64,000 nucleotides of DNA from a virus. Taxonomy: Duplodnaviria; Caudoviricetes. The position numbers and the translations under genes were made by a program. Below the pieces are notes generated by a model. The model saw only the letters and a list, made by a program, of their open reading frames with translations. It was not told the DNA's origin and made no database searches. Where the stretch lies: the IMG/VR virus record IMGVR_UViG_2772190757_000004, positions 6,396 to 70,395 of that record; one strand, 5' to 3'. This document shows positions 1 through 7,765 of the stretch, in pieces; positions within the stretch are counted from its first letter, which is position 1; each line of letters starts with the position of its first letter.

Positions 1-715
1 CGACGGGGCCGTCCAACAGAGCAACGGCCTTGATGCGGACAGGTTCTTGATAGGCAGCTTCCATGCCGGTGGTGCCGCCGTAGCTGTGGCCGACGACCGC
101 GACCTTGTCGACGTCGGCCTGCGCTCCGATCCCGTTCGGCAGGGCGGAGATCTGGCCAAGCAGGCAGCGGACGTCCGCGACCCGGGCGGCTAGGGTCTTG
201 GCCCACTGGTTCCCGACGTAGCCAGCGTTCTGGTTGATCACGCCGTTGGACCATTCCGTGCACACCGATTCGTAGGTGCACGACGTGGTCAGCACCAGGT
301 AGCCGTGCGAGGCCAGTTCCTGGGCGAGGATCGAGGAGCAGTTGCCGGGGACACCGAACCCAGGCGAGAAGATCACCACGGGCAGTAGGCCGAGGTCGGT
401 GCGCACGTCCCCGTTCAGCACCGCTCGGGTGTCGCGCTGGTTGACGTTCGGGTACATCGTCTGGCTTTGCGGGGTGAACCAGCCAGGCACCTCGATGCCG
501 TTGGTGATTTGGCTGGCCATCGTGTTGTCGTAGGCGTTGACCGCCGACAGGTACCTCGCGACGGGACCGGTCGTGGAGGTCGGATACCAGGCGGTGACGG
601 AGATCTTGCGCGGCGCGACGTTGGTGAAGTTGTCCTTGCGCGGGTCGCTGATGAACAGCCTGCGGTTGCCGACCGGGTTCGGTCCGGTCATTGCAGGCAG
701 AAGTGTCACGGCCAC
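1..715 (-). CDS. Alpha/beta hydrolase (PAF-acetylhydrolase-like lipase), truncated by window edge
   Basis: Manual translation from GTG at 715 after RBS AAAGGAG: VTAWYP, PVVIFSPGFG, LAQELASHGY, nucleophile motif GHSYGG, LLDG; not in the ORF track because the stop is outside the window. Confidence 0.85.
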   Translation of the reverse strand, partial: MAVTLLPAMTGPNPVGNRRLFISDPRKDNFTNVAPRKISVTAWYPTSTTGPVARYLSAVNAYDNTMASQITNGIEVPGWFTPQSQTMYPNVNQRDTRAVLNGDVRTDLGLLPVVIFSPGFGVPGNCSSILAQELASHGYLVLTTSCTYESVCTEWSNGVINQNAGYVGNQWAKTLAARVADVRCLLGQISALPNGIGAQADVDKVAVVGHSYGGTTGMEAAYQEPVRIKAVALLDGPV

Positions 716-747
716 AGCGGGCTCCTTTGTGCAGAAGGGGAAACGGA

Positions 748-2853
748 TCACCGGATGGCGACGGTCAGCGCGAGCCACGCGCCGGAGGCCGAGGTGAAGG
801 TGGGCGGATCCATGGAGGTGCCGGCGGCGATCGTCCATGCGTCGCCGTGCCCGATGTGCGTGGAGCCCGCGGAGGAGTTGCAGCGGACGTTGACGAAGTT
901 GCCCCACGACGCGGGCGGCACGGTCGGGTACGTCGAGTTCTGGCTGCCCACGCCGATCGCGCCCCACAACCAGTTCCTCGACCCCGCAGCGGGGGTCAGA
1001 GACGGCGGGTTCATGTTCGTGCCCGAGCCAGTCGTCGACCCGACCTCGATGTCGGCGATGGTGCCGGACCAGTTCTTGATCACGCGGACGGTCCACGCCC
1101 GGTGCAGGCTGGTGGTGTTGGTGATCGTCAATGCCGCGGCGGTGCCCTGGATTCCAGCGAACAACGCGAACGTCGACACTGTCGAGTTGGCGTATTGGCC
1201 GATCTTCGTCCACCCGCTCGAGCTGGTACCGATCGTCGTTTGCGATCCATCGGCTTGGAATTCGACCAGCAGCAGGTCACCGGTCGCGGCGGTAGGCATG
1301 GTGATGTTGGTGCTGGTGCCGTTGGAGTCGGCGAAGTCGGTGAGATACGCGGCGAGCCTGGGGAAGGTCGTGATCTGCGGGCGGATCACGTGCGCCGCAG
1401 CGACCTTACCCGCCGAGGTCGCGCTCGGAGTGGCCGTGTACGTCGTGGTCGTGGTGGCGGTTGGTTGGACGTCGTAGGCCGCGGAGTGCTGGAAGTTCGA
1501 GGTTTGCGCAGACACCCATTCGCGGGAGTCGAGGATTTCGGCGTCGGCGTTGGTCCATGTGGTGGTGAGGGCTGTATCGGTGGCGTTGGACGAGGTGCTG
1601 AACAGCAATACCTCGGTGTTGTCCAGCCCGGTAGCGACCGCGGGGGCGGCGATACCGGTGGTGTTGTTGGTGAGCAGGTAGCCGTTGCTGTAATCGCCGA
1701 TCGGCATCCCGTTGTCCACGGTCGCGCCGACGTAGGCGACGATCGTGGTGATGATCGCGCGGATGCTCGTCGTCGGCGACGGGGTGATCGTCACCGAGGT
1801 CTCCGAACCGCGGATCGTCCAGAAGTAGGCCATGTAGACGCCATTGCTGGCGCTGTCGTCGCGCTGCTGGATGAAGTTCCATTGCGCACCGCCGGTCAGC
1901 CCGTCCGGCGTGACCGCCACCGCGGCCGCGGCCGACTTGCTGATGTGGACCTGCATGACCAGCAGATCGCCGCTGGCGCTACCGGACGGGTAGTTCGAGG
2001 TGAAGCTCGTCGGCGCCGAAGGCGAGGCGTCGAAGATCGCTCCATTGGAGGCAACCCTGGTCGGCGCGGCAGGCGCGGCATTCACCACCGCGGTGCCGGA
2101 CCCGGAAGCGGCGATGGCGGTCTGCGCGACCGAGGTGACCGTGGCGGTGCCCGAGCCGGACGCGGCGATCGCGGTCGCCGCCGACGCGGTCACAGCGGAT
2201 GTGCCGGTGCCGCTGGCGCTGATCGCGGTCGCCGCTCCTGCCGTGACAATCGCCGTGCCCGACCCCGAGGCGGCGATCGTGGTCTGTGCGACCGGTACCA
2301 CTGCCGCCGTGCCCGACCCCGAGGCCTGCATGTCGGTGAGTAGCCCGCCGACCGTGGCGGTGCCCGAGCCGGACGCCTGAATGTCGACTACCGCCTGCGG
2401 GGTGACCGCCGCGGTCCCGGAGCCTGTCGCAGCGATGGTCGTGGTGGTAGTCGTCGGCACCGTCGCCGTTCCCGAGCCGGTTGCCTGTGCGGTGCAGTGC
2501 GCGGCCGCGGTCACTGCCGCCGTGCCGGAACCTGAGGCGGCGATAGAGGTGGTGAAGAGTTCGAACGCTGTGACAGTCGACGTGCCGGACCCGGAAGCGG
2601 CGATGGCGGTCTGCGCGACCGAGGTGACTGTGGACGTCCCGGCGCCGGAGGCTGCGATGGTTGTGCGCGCGCTCGTAATGACCGTTGCCGTGCCGGTCCC
2701 GCTGGCGTCGATGAACGCCGGCAGCGGATAGAACGGCACCCACTCTCCGCCACTGACGAACGTCTGCCCCGTCGGCGCGGTCGACAGCAGCGTCGCCGGG
2801 ACTGGAGCCTTCGAGGTCAGCGCCTGAGCGGCGGGAGCGCTCGACAACACCAT
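748..2853 (-). CDS. Tail fibre/adhesin-like protein with IAASGSGTA repeats
   Basis: 701-aa Thr/Ala/Ser-rich ORF, more than ten xAxGSGTA repeats followed by two beta-rich domains each containing SGDLL/TGDLL. Confidence 0.75.
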   Translation of the reverse strand: MVLSSAPAAQALTSKAPVPATLLSTAPTGQTFVSGGEWVPFYPLPAFIDASGTGTATVITSARTTIAASGAGTSTVTSVAQTAIAASGSGTSTVTAFELFTTSIAASGSGTAAVTAAAHCTAQATGSGTATVPTTTTTTIAATGSGTAAVTPQAVVDIQASGSGTATVGGLLTDMQASGSGTAAVVPVAQTTIAASGSGTAIVTAGAATAISASGTGTSAVTASAATAIAASGSGTATVTSVAQTAIAASGSGTAVVNAAPAAPTRVASNGAIFDASPSAPTSFTSNYPSGSASGDLLVMQVHISKSAAAAVAVTPDGLTGGAQWNFIQQRDDSASNGVYMAYFWTIRGSETSVTITPSPTTSIRAIITTIVAYVGATVDNGMPIGDYSNGYLLTNNTTGIAAPAVATGLDNTEVLLFSTSSNATDTALTTTWTNADAEILDSREWVSAQTSNFQHSAAYDVQPTATTTTTYTATPSATSAGKVAAAHVIRPQITTFPRLAAYLTDFADSNGTSTNITMPTAATGDLLLVEFQADGSQTTIGTSSSGWTKIGQYANSTVSTFALFAGIQGTAAALTITNTTSLHRAWTVRVIKNWSGTIADIEVGSTTGSGTNMNPPSLTPAAGSRNWLWGAIGVGSQNSTYPTVPPASWGNFVNVRCNSSAGSTHIGHGDAWTIAAGTSMDPPTFTSASGAWLALTVAIR
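2093..2628. repeat. 47-bp perfect direct repeat (2093-2139 and 2582-2628) inside the fibre repeat region
   Basis: GTGCCGGACCCGGAAGCGGCGATGGCGGTCTGCGCGACCGAGGTGAC present twice. Confidence 0.9.
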
Positions 2854-2862
2854 CGCGCGCGT

Positions 2863-3210
2863 TTAGGTCTGGGTGTAGGTGATCGGGGCGACGATCTGGG
2901 ATTGCGCGCCGGGCGACTGGCTCGCGGACAGGGCGCCGCCATCGAGGTAGGTGCCGCCCGAGGACGCGGTCCACAGGCCCCAGTGGGTGTAGGTGCCCGC
3001 GGCGACGTCGAAGGTGACCGAGGTGCCGGTGACGGCGCCGCCGCTGGAGGTGCCCCAGGTGGTTTGCTTGCGCGCGTACGCGGGGCTGCCGCCTGTCGCT
3101 TCGTTCGCGCCGGTCGAGCCAGGGCTGCTGGTGTGCAGCGACAGCCACGTGCCAGCGCCCTTGTAGGCGTCACACATCGTGTTCTTCAGGCCGGTGGTGG
3201 CGATGGCCAT
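2863..3210 (-). CDS. Small tail fibre/structural subunit
   Basis: 115 aa with LSLHT..PG.TGANE..GGSPAYARK and THWGLW motifs typical of small actinophage fibre proteins. Confidence 0.75.
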   Translation of the reverse strand: MAIATTGLKNTMCDAYKGAGTWLSLHTSSPGSTGANEATGGSPAYARKQTTWGTSSGGAVTGTSVTFDVAAGTYTHWGLWTASSGGTYLDGGALSASQSPGAQSQIVAPITYTQT

Positions 3211-3211
3211 C

Positions 3212-3246
3212 GTTGTGTCCCTTCAGGATTCGCAGGCCCTGAATGG
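3212..3246 (-). promoter_or_regulatory. 35-bp leader hairpin with RBS, identical to the leader of the major tail gene
   Basis: mRNA CCATTCAGGGCCTGCGAATCCTGAAGGGACACAAC; stem TTCAGG/CCTGAA; exact copy at 15733-15767. Confidence 0.85.
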
Positions 3247-3254
3247 GGGTTAGG

Positions 3255-3566
3255 TCAGCCGATGCGGCGGAGGGTTCCGTAGAACCACAGGTAGTCGTCG
3301 GGGGTGTTCGGAAACTTCACGTAGCACCGGTAGTGGGGCCGGTCCGGCAGGGCGTCCATCGTGGTGGAGGTTTCAGCCCACGAGAACGAGGTGGTGTCGT
3401 ACGTGCCGTCGAAGGTGTCGAGGATGGTGGTGTTGTCGGTGTCGTACACCTCGATGCGCGCTTCGGTGTCGAGCGGAAACGTCGAGCCGCTGATCGAGGC
3501 GGTGAACACGAAGTCTGCGCCGATCCCGTTGTCGAGGAGCTTGTGGAACGGCGGCGTCTTCGTCAT
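3255..3566 (-). CDS. Minor tail protein (small beta-rich)
   Basis: MTKTPPFHKLL...GADF...LWFYGTLRR; ATGA-coupled within the tail cluster. Confidence 0.65.
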   Translation of the reverse strand: MTKTPPFHKLLDNGIGADFVFTASISGSTFPLDTEARIEVYDTDNTTILDTFDGTYDTTSFSWAETSTTMDALPDRPHYRCYVKFPNTPDDYLWFYGTLRRIG

Positions 3567-3886
3567 TCGGTCACCTCGGTGACTCCGAGGCTGAGCAGCG
3601 CCCACCGCCAGCCGTCGTCATCGTCGGCCGGCGCCGCATACAGAGGCTGCGAACCGGGGAGCTTCTTCATGCTCGGCCCGACCGGCGCGCCGCGCACCGG
3701 CTCGGCCGCATACACCAGCAGTTCGGGCAGTTGGTGGCGTGGCCGGCCGGGCTGCACGCACACCGCGACGTACTCGAATTCGCCCGCACCGTCGGGGTTC
3801 GGCAGCGGAGGACTCAGTTTGTAGCAGCGTGTCGGCCCCGGATAGATCCCCTGCACGAGGGGCACATGCACTGTCGCAGTTCGCAT
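3563..3886 (-). CDS. Phage hypothetical protein (tail region)
   Basis: 107-aa ORF tightly coupled to neighbours; YKLSPPL...EYVAV motif. Confidence 0.6.
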   Translation of the reverse strand: MRTATVHVPLVQGIYPGPTRCYKLSPPLPNPDGAGEFEYVAVCVQPGRPRHQLPELLVYAAEPVRGAPVGPSMKKLPGSQPLYAAPADDDDGWRWALLSLGVTEVTE

Positions 3887-4801
3887 TTACGCTCCCGCCG
3901 ATTGAATGACATACACCCGCCCCGAACCACCGACGCCGAAAGTGCCTGCGCTACCGCCGTCGCAGTTGCCTCCTGCGCCGCCGCCACCGCCCGGGCTGCC
4001 GCCGTTTCCGCCGTCGCCGCCGGAGCCGAAGATTCCGACGTCCCCGCCACCGGCGCCACCGCCGCCTCCCCCGCATGGGGTCAGCGATCCCGTCGAGACG
4101 CTGCCGCCGTCACCGCCGTCACCGGCCGCGCCGCCGCCGCCACTGCCGTCCGCGCCACCGGCGCCGCCCGCGGCGAGCGCCGTTGCGCCGCCGGGGAGTC
4201 CGCTGCTCGCGAATGCGCCGCCGTTGTTGCCGCCCGCGCCTGGTGCTGATGAGGACGACACCGCGCCGCGTGAGGTGAGGATCGCGCCGATCGTGCCCGC
4301 CGCCCCGACGAGGTAGGAACCGAACGACGACACGCCACCCGCTTGCCCGGCCGAGGTGCCCGGCGCGCCGACGGTGATCGCCACGGTGGACGGCAGGTCT
4401 GCGGCGTTGAATTCCTGGTAGGCATATCCGCCGTGTGTGCCGCCGAGCTTCTGACTGCTCGCGCCGCTGCCCGCCTGGCCTGCCTGGCCGCCGTTGATCA
4501 CCGCCACACCGATCCGGCCGCCTTGATTGACCCAGGTGTCATTGCCGGAGTAGACGGTCATGGTGCCGCCGTCTTCGAGTGCGACGATGCGGGTTTCGTG
4601 GTTGGTGATCGATCCGGCGTAGCCGGTGATCGGGGCCTTCACGTCGTTCTCGTAGATCTGGCGCGCGCCGCCGTAGGAGCCCTGCACGCCGCCATTCATG
4701 ATCGATTTCGCGGAGGCTTCGGTGAGGTCTTGGCCGTATCGCCACTCGCCACCGCCGCGGACCCACGCCTGATCTGGAGGGACGCCGCCAGGAGTTGTCA
4801 T
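3887..4801 (-). CDS. Glycine-rich minor tail protein
   Basis: MTTPGGVPPD N-terminus, ITVGAPG and long Gly-rich C-terminal tract ending GRVYVI. Confidence 0.8.
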   Translation of the reverse strand: MTTPGGVPPDQAWVRGGGEWRYGQDLTEASAKSIMNGGVQGSYGGARQIYENDVKAPITGYAGSITNHETRIVALEDGGTMTVYSGNDTWVNQGGRIGVAVINGGQAGQAGSGASSQKLGGTHGGYAYQEFNAADLPSTVAITVGAPGTSAGQAGGVSSFGSYLVGAAGTIGAILTSRGAVSSSSAPGAGGNNGGAFASSGLPGGATALAAGGAGGADGSGGGGAAGDGGDGGSVSTGSLTPCGGGGGGAGGGDVGIFGSGGDGGNGGSPGGGGGAGGNCDGGSAGTFGVGGSGRVYVIQSAGA

Positions 4802-5260
4802 TCACCCTCCGCCGCAGACTGGGTCACCGATCGGATTCGCGGCACGCTGTTGGTCCGCCGACACAGACCACACGCGATAGTCGAGAATTGCCTTCTGCGT
4901 TCGCTCACGGGAATCCGATTGAGGGTTTGAAATAGAGTCCGCGATGACACCCATCATTGTGTCGAGCTGCCGCTGGTTCTCCGTGGAGATCTTCGAGCGC
5001 GCGACAAGGGACTCACGAAATTCCCGGTTGCATTCAGCCTGTGCGGCGGACTGCATTCCGCCGTAGGCGACGCTCGCGACGCTCAGCACGCCGACGACCA
5101 CGAGCACGTAGGCTTGCTGCCGATCTGTGTGCGGCAAGGTCGGTGCGGCGATGTGCTTGTCGCCGAACTTGTACTCGCGCCACGACATCGACAGGCCAGC
5201 GAAGAACCCTATTCCGATGCAAGCTGTCCCGAAAAGCAATTGCAGAATCACGCTATTCAC
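4802..5260 (-). CDS. Lysis-cassette membrane protein (2 TM plus Cys-containing extracytoplasmic part)
   Basis: GTG start at 5260; hydrophobic VILQLLFGTACIGIGFFAGL and AYVLVVVGVLSVASVAY. Confidence 0.6.
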   Translation of the reverse strand: MNSVILQLLFGTACIGIGFFAGLSMSWREYKFGDKHIAAPTLPHTDRQQAYVLVVVGVLSVASVAYGGMQSAAQAECNREFRESLVARSKISTENQRQLDTMMGVIADSISNPQSDSRERTQKAILDYRVWSVSADQQRAANPIGDPVCGGG

Positions 5261-5480
5261 TGGGATCTGCCTTCTTCTTAGGCTCCTTGTTTCGGCTTGC
5301 CTGGTAGCGTGCGGCGCCCAAGAGCCCGAGTAGTGCGCCCATGATTCCATTCGCGCCCGTATTGCTCTCGTATGCTTGGAAAAGCAACGGGGCGACGATA
5401 TTCACTGCCCAGACAACGGTGACGATATAGACCAGAACTGTGAGCGTTCGCGTGGAGACGCCGTATTCAGGCGCGCCCAT
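5253..5480 (-). CDS. Small 2-TM membrane protein (holin-like)
   Basis: 75 aa, two hydrophobic helices, basic C-terminal tail. Confidence 0.6.
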   Translation of the reverse strand: MGAPEYGVSTRTLTVLVYIVTVVWAVNIVAPLLFQAYESNTGANGIMGALLGLLGAARYQASRNKEPKKKADPSE

Positions 5481-5537
5481 TTACCCCTCCTCGTAAGCCA
5501 CCTCCAGCCGAGCGCCTGGAGTAATCGAGTAGGGGCG

Positions 5538-5792
5538 TCAGTCCTCCAGGCGGCCAGCGGCGTCGCCAGCAGCATCGCCGCCCAACAGGCTCGGAGTGCT
5601 CCGGTTACCGAATCCGCTGGAGGCCATTGAAATCAGAACGCTGGCCAATGTCGCCGTCCCCGCGATGCTGAGCGCCGACGCCCAGTCGATGTCTGTGATC
5701 GCGACGCCAACCGTCATCGACGCCAGCAGTGCCTGCGCGAACGTTTTCCCGGCACGCTCCGCCGTGTCGGTCCAAAACTTTGCAGTCCTCAT
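5538..5792 (-). CDS. Holin (r1t-like)
   Basis: MRTAKFWTDTAERAGKTFAQALLA...IDW...ATLASVLIS; ATGA-coupled to lysin. Confidence 0.85.
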   Translation of the reverse strand: MRTAKFWTDTAERAGKTFAQALLASMTVGVAITDIDWASALSIAGTATLASVLISMASSGFGNRSTPSLLGGDAAGDAAGRLED

Positions 5793-6712
5793 TTCCCACC
5801 TCGCAGCAGGGAAAGGATCTCGTCGAGCTTGGACTCGCATGCGCGGACGCGGGCATCGGTGTCGAGCACCCAGCCGACGAGGGTCTTTTTCTCCGCGTTG
5901 TCGCCGACGCCTTCGAGGGTGAAGCCATCCCAGACGACGTTGTTCCACAGGTCGACCCACATGTCGTAGGGCCACGGCTGTTCCGGTGTCCGCGTCGAGG
6001 GTTGGACGTGCTGCTCGTTCTCGATTTGGCGAATCTTGTTGGGGAACGGATGCAGCTGCCCCGCCCCTTCGGCGACGATGTCTACCACGGGTGTTCCTCC
6101 TTGGATTCCGAACGAAGCCAGCAGATCTGGTAGTTCGAGGTCGGTGAAGTTCAGATCGACGCCACCCGGCCAGGGCGCGCACCGTCCGGAGTCGGTGTGC
6201 TGGTGCGCGAAATACCCGGAAGGCTTCTTCGCGGGGCTGCCCGGGGTGCGGCCGTAGGACGGCACCACCAGACGCATCCACGCCGGTCGGGTCGGCCAGA
6301 GGTCGAAGTTCGAAACGGGGTTCCAGTAGCCGATGACACGGCGGTTGTCGCCGTGCCAGCGAGCCAGCCGCTCGGCTTCGTCGTTCACTTCCGCGGACTG
6401 GTCACCGCGGATCACGCCGCCGGCGTCTTCGACGTCGATCATCGTGACCAGCCGCGGGTGCCCCCACAGTCCGGCTTCGGTGAGCTGATCTCTGTGGAGG
6501 TCACAGTTCATCTGCCCGGGCCGGAAGAAGTAGTAGGCGATGACCGCCTGCAGCTTCCCGCTGTCGAGCATGTCGCGGGCGCGGCGGGCGTTGACCTGAC
6601 CGAGGGTGTCTACTCGGTCTCCGGAGTTCGTGCGGAAGCAGAACAGCGGATGCGGGTAGGTGTCGTCGACCGGGATCCCTTGGTATTGGCTGACGTCGGC
6701 CCAGGCGGTCAT
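5789..6712 (-). CDS. Endolysin, GH25-like glycoside hydrolase gene
   Basis: WADVSQYQ, AYYFFRP, MIDVE, AHQHTD, GVDLN motifs. Confidence 0.8.
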   Translation of the reverse strand: MTAWADVSQYQGIPVDDTYPHPLFCFRTNSGDRVDTLGQVNARRARDMLDSGKLQAVIAYYFFRPGQMNCDLHRDQLTEAGLWGHPRLVTMIDVEDAGGVIRGDQSAEVNDEAERLARWHGDNRRVIGYWNPVSNFDLWPTRPAWMRLVVPSYGRTPGSPAKKPSGYFAHQHTDSGRCAPWPGGVDLNFTDLELPDLLASFGIQGGTPVVDIVAEGAGQLHPFPNKIRQIENEQHVQPSTRTPEQPWPYDMWVDLWNNVVWDGFTLEGVGDNAEKKTLVGWVLDTDARVRACESKLDEILSLLRGGK

Positions 6713-7269
6713 CGGGGCCACCTGGATGGCGGGATGAGCTGCATGAATCCTTCGACTACTCGCTGGCTGTACTGTGAGGCTGGCTCGGGCCCGTAGATGC
6801 CGAGGTGTCCGTCACGCAGACGGGCTGCGAATTCGGCGATCCACGGGTAGCCCTCTTCGTAGCCGATCTGGTAGTGCATCTCATCGGCTCGGTTCCAGTC
6901 GGCGCCCCAGAAGACGGTGCCTTCGAACAGCTTCAGTCCTGCACGGACTTTCGCGATCCGGGCTTGCGGCATCACCCGGCGGCCCCACGGATATTGCGGG
7001 GCGTTGAGGTCGATCGCCGTGCCTGAGAGGTGGTTGGAGTTGGGGACGTCGTTGGTGGCCGACCAGCCCCACACCGGGGAGACGATCTCCTCGACGTTGC
7101 GGTCGTACCAGACCATCCACGCGCCGAGGATGGTGCTCACGTCGCCCTTGCGGAGCGGGGCGGTATCGATGAAATGCAGAGGGACGGAAGCGATTTCGCA
7201 TTCGTTACGGTTGCACATCCGCCAGCCGTTTTCGCTGTGGGTGTTGCCGTAGACGGTGCGGAAGCTCAT
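6709..7269 (-). CDS. Endolysin, M15-family L-Ala-D-Glu peptidase gene
   Basis: MSFRTVYG..SENGW, SNHLSGTAID, WGADW..DEMH motifs. Confidence 0.85.
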   Translation of the reverse strand: MSFRTVYGNTHSENGWRMCNRNECEIASVPLHFIDTAPLRKGDVSTILGAWMVWYDRNVEEIVSPVWGWSATNDVPNSNHLSGTAIDLNAPQYPWGRRVMPQARIAKVRAGLKLFEGTVFWGADWNRADEMHYQIGYEEGYPWIAEFAARLRDGHLGIYGPEPASQYSQRVVEGFMQLIPPSRWPR

Positions 7270-7349
7270 CGCGGCCACCGAGCAAGCTGCAGCGCGAGCG
7301 AGACGATGGCCAGGATGAGCAGGACCAGGGTCATGGTGTCGTGATTCAT
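7266..7349 (-). CDS. 27-aa single-TM peptide
   Basis: MNHDTMTLVLLILAIVSLALQLARWPR; starts directly after the upstream stop and overlaps the lysin start (ATGA). Confidence 0.5.
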   Translation of the reverse strand: MNHDTMTLVLLILAIVSLALQLARWPR

Positions 7350-7757
7350 CTATGCGTCTCCGTTCACTACGCGCGCATGGTTCGGCGGTTCGGGGATCTC
7401 GGGGACGGCGCCGAGCGCGCGGGCTTGCTGGACGATGTCGTCGACCTCGTGCGGGGTCATCTCGGCGAGGTTCGGCAGGATCGGCAGGTCGGGTTCGGGG
7501 GTGTCGATCGGCACCCAGCGACCCATGCCGTTCATTGGATGCTGCTGCCCCCGGAAGGGACGCTGGAACTTCACGGTCTGCAACTCGGGATGGTGCCGGA
7601 ATCCGCAGTTCCACAATGCTTTTGCGAGATTCTTGGCCACGAACAGCGGCAGCAGTATCGGCGTCTGACCGGTCGCCGGCGGGCACACGAGCGCCCACAG
7701 GGCGTGCTCCTCGGGGTCGTCCATGTTGCATTCGGATTGGTGCGGGATGCGGGTCAT
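7350..7757 (-). CDS. Minor tail protein (DUF2744-like)
   Basis: IPHQSECNMDDPEEHALWAL...LWNCGFRHHPELQ motif. Confidence 0.8.
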   Translation of the reverse strand: MTRIPHQSECNMDDPEEHALWALVCPPATGQTPILLPLFVAKNLAKALWNCGFRHHPELQTVKFQRPFRGQQHPMNGMGRWVPIDTPEPDLPILPNLAEMTPHEVDDIVQQARALGAVPEIPEPPNHARVVNGDA

Positions 7758-7765
7758 GTCACCTC

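Noticed and set aside
691-2343. Long plus-strand ORFs across the prophage (e.g. 691-2343, 9485-10729, 17465-18589, 23985-24950)
   Set aside because: Antisense shadows of high-GC minus-strand genes; Arg/Gly/Pro-rich with no motifs
2050-2720. Repeats as CRISPR array or DGR template/variable pair
   Set aside because: In-frame coding repeats without unique spacers; no reverse transcriptase or cas genes; no adenine-specific differences
6709-6721. Lysin split as a sequencing frameshift
   Set aside because: Clean ATGA stop/start overlap, and two-gene lysins are known in related phages
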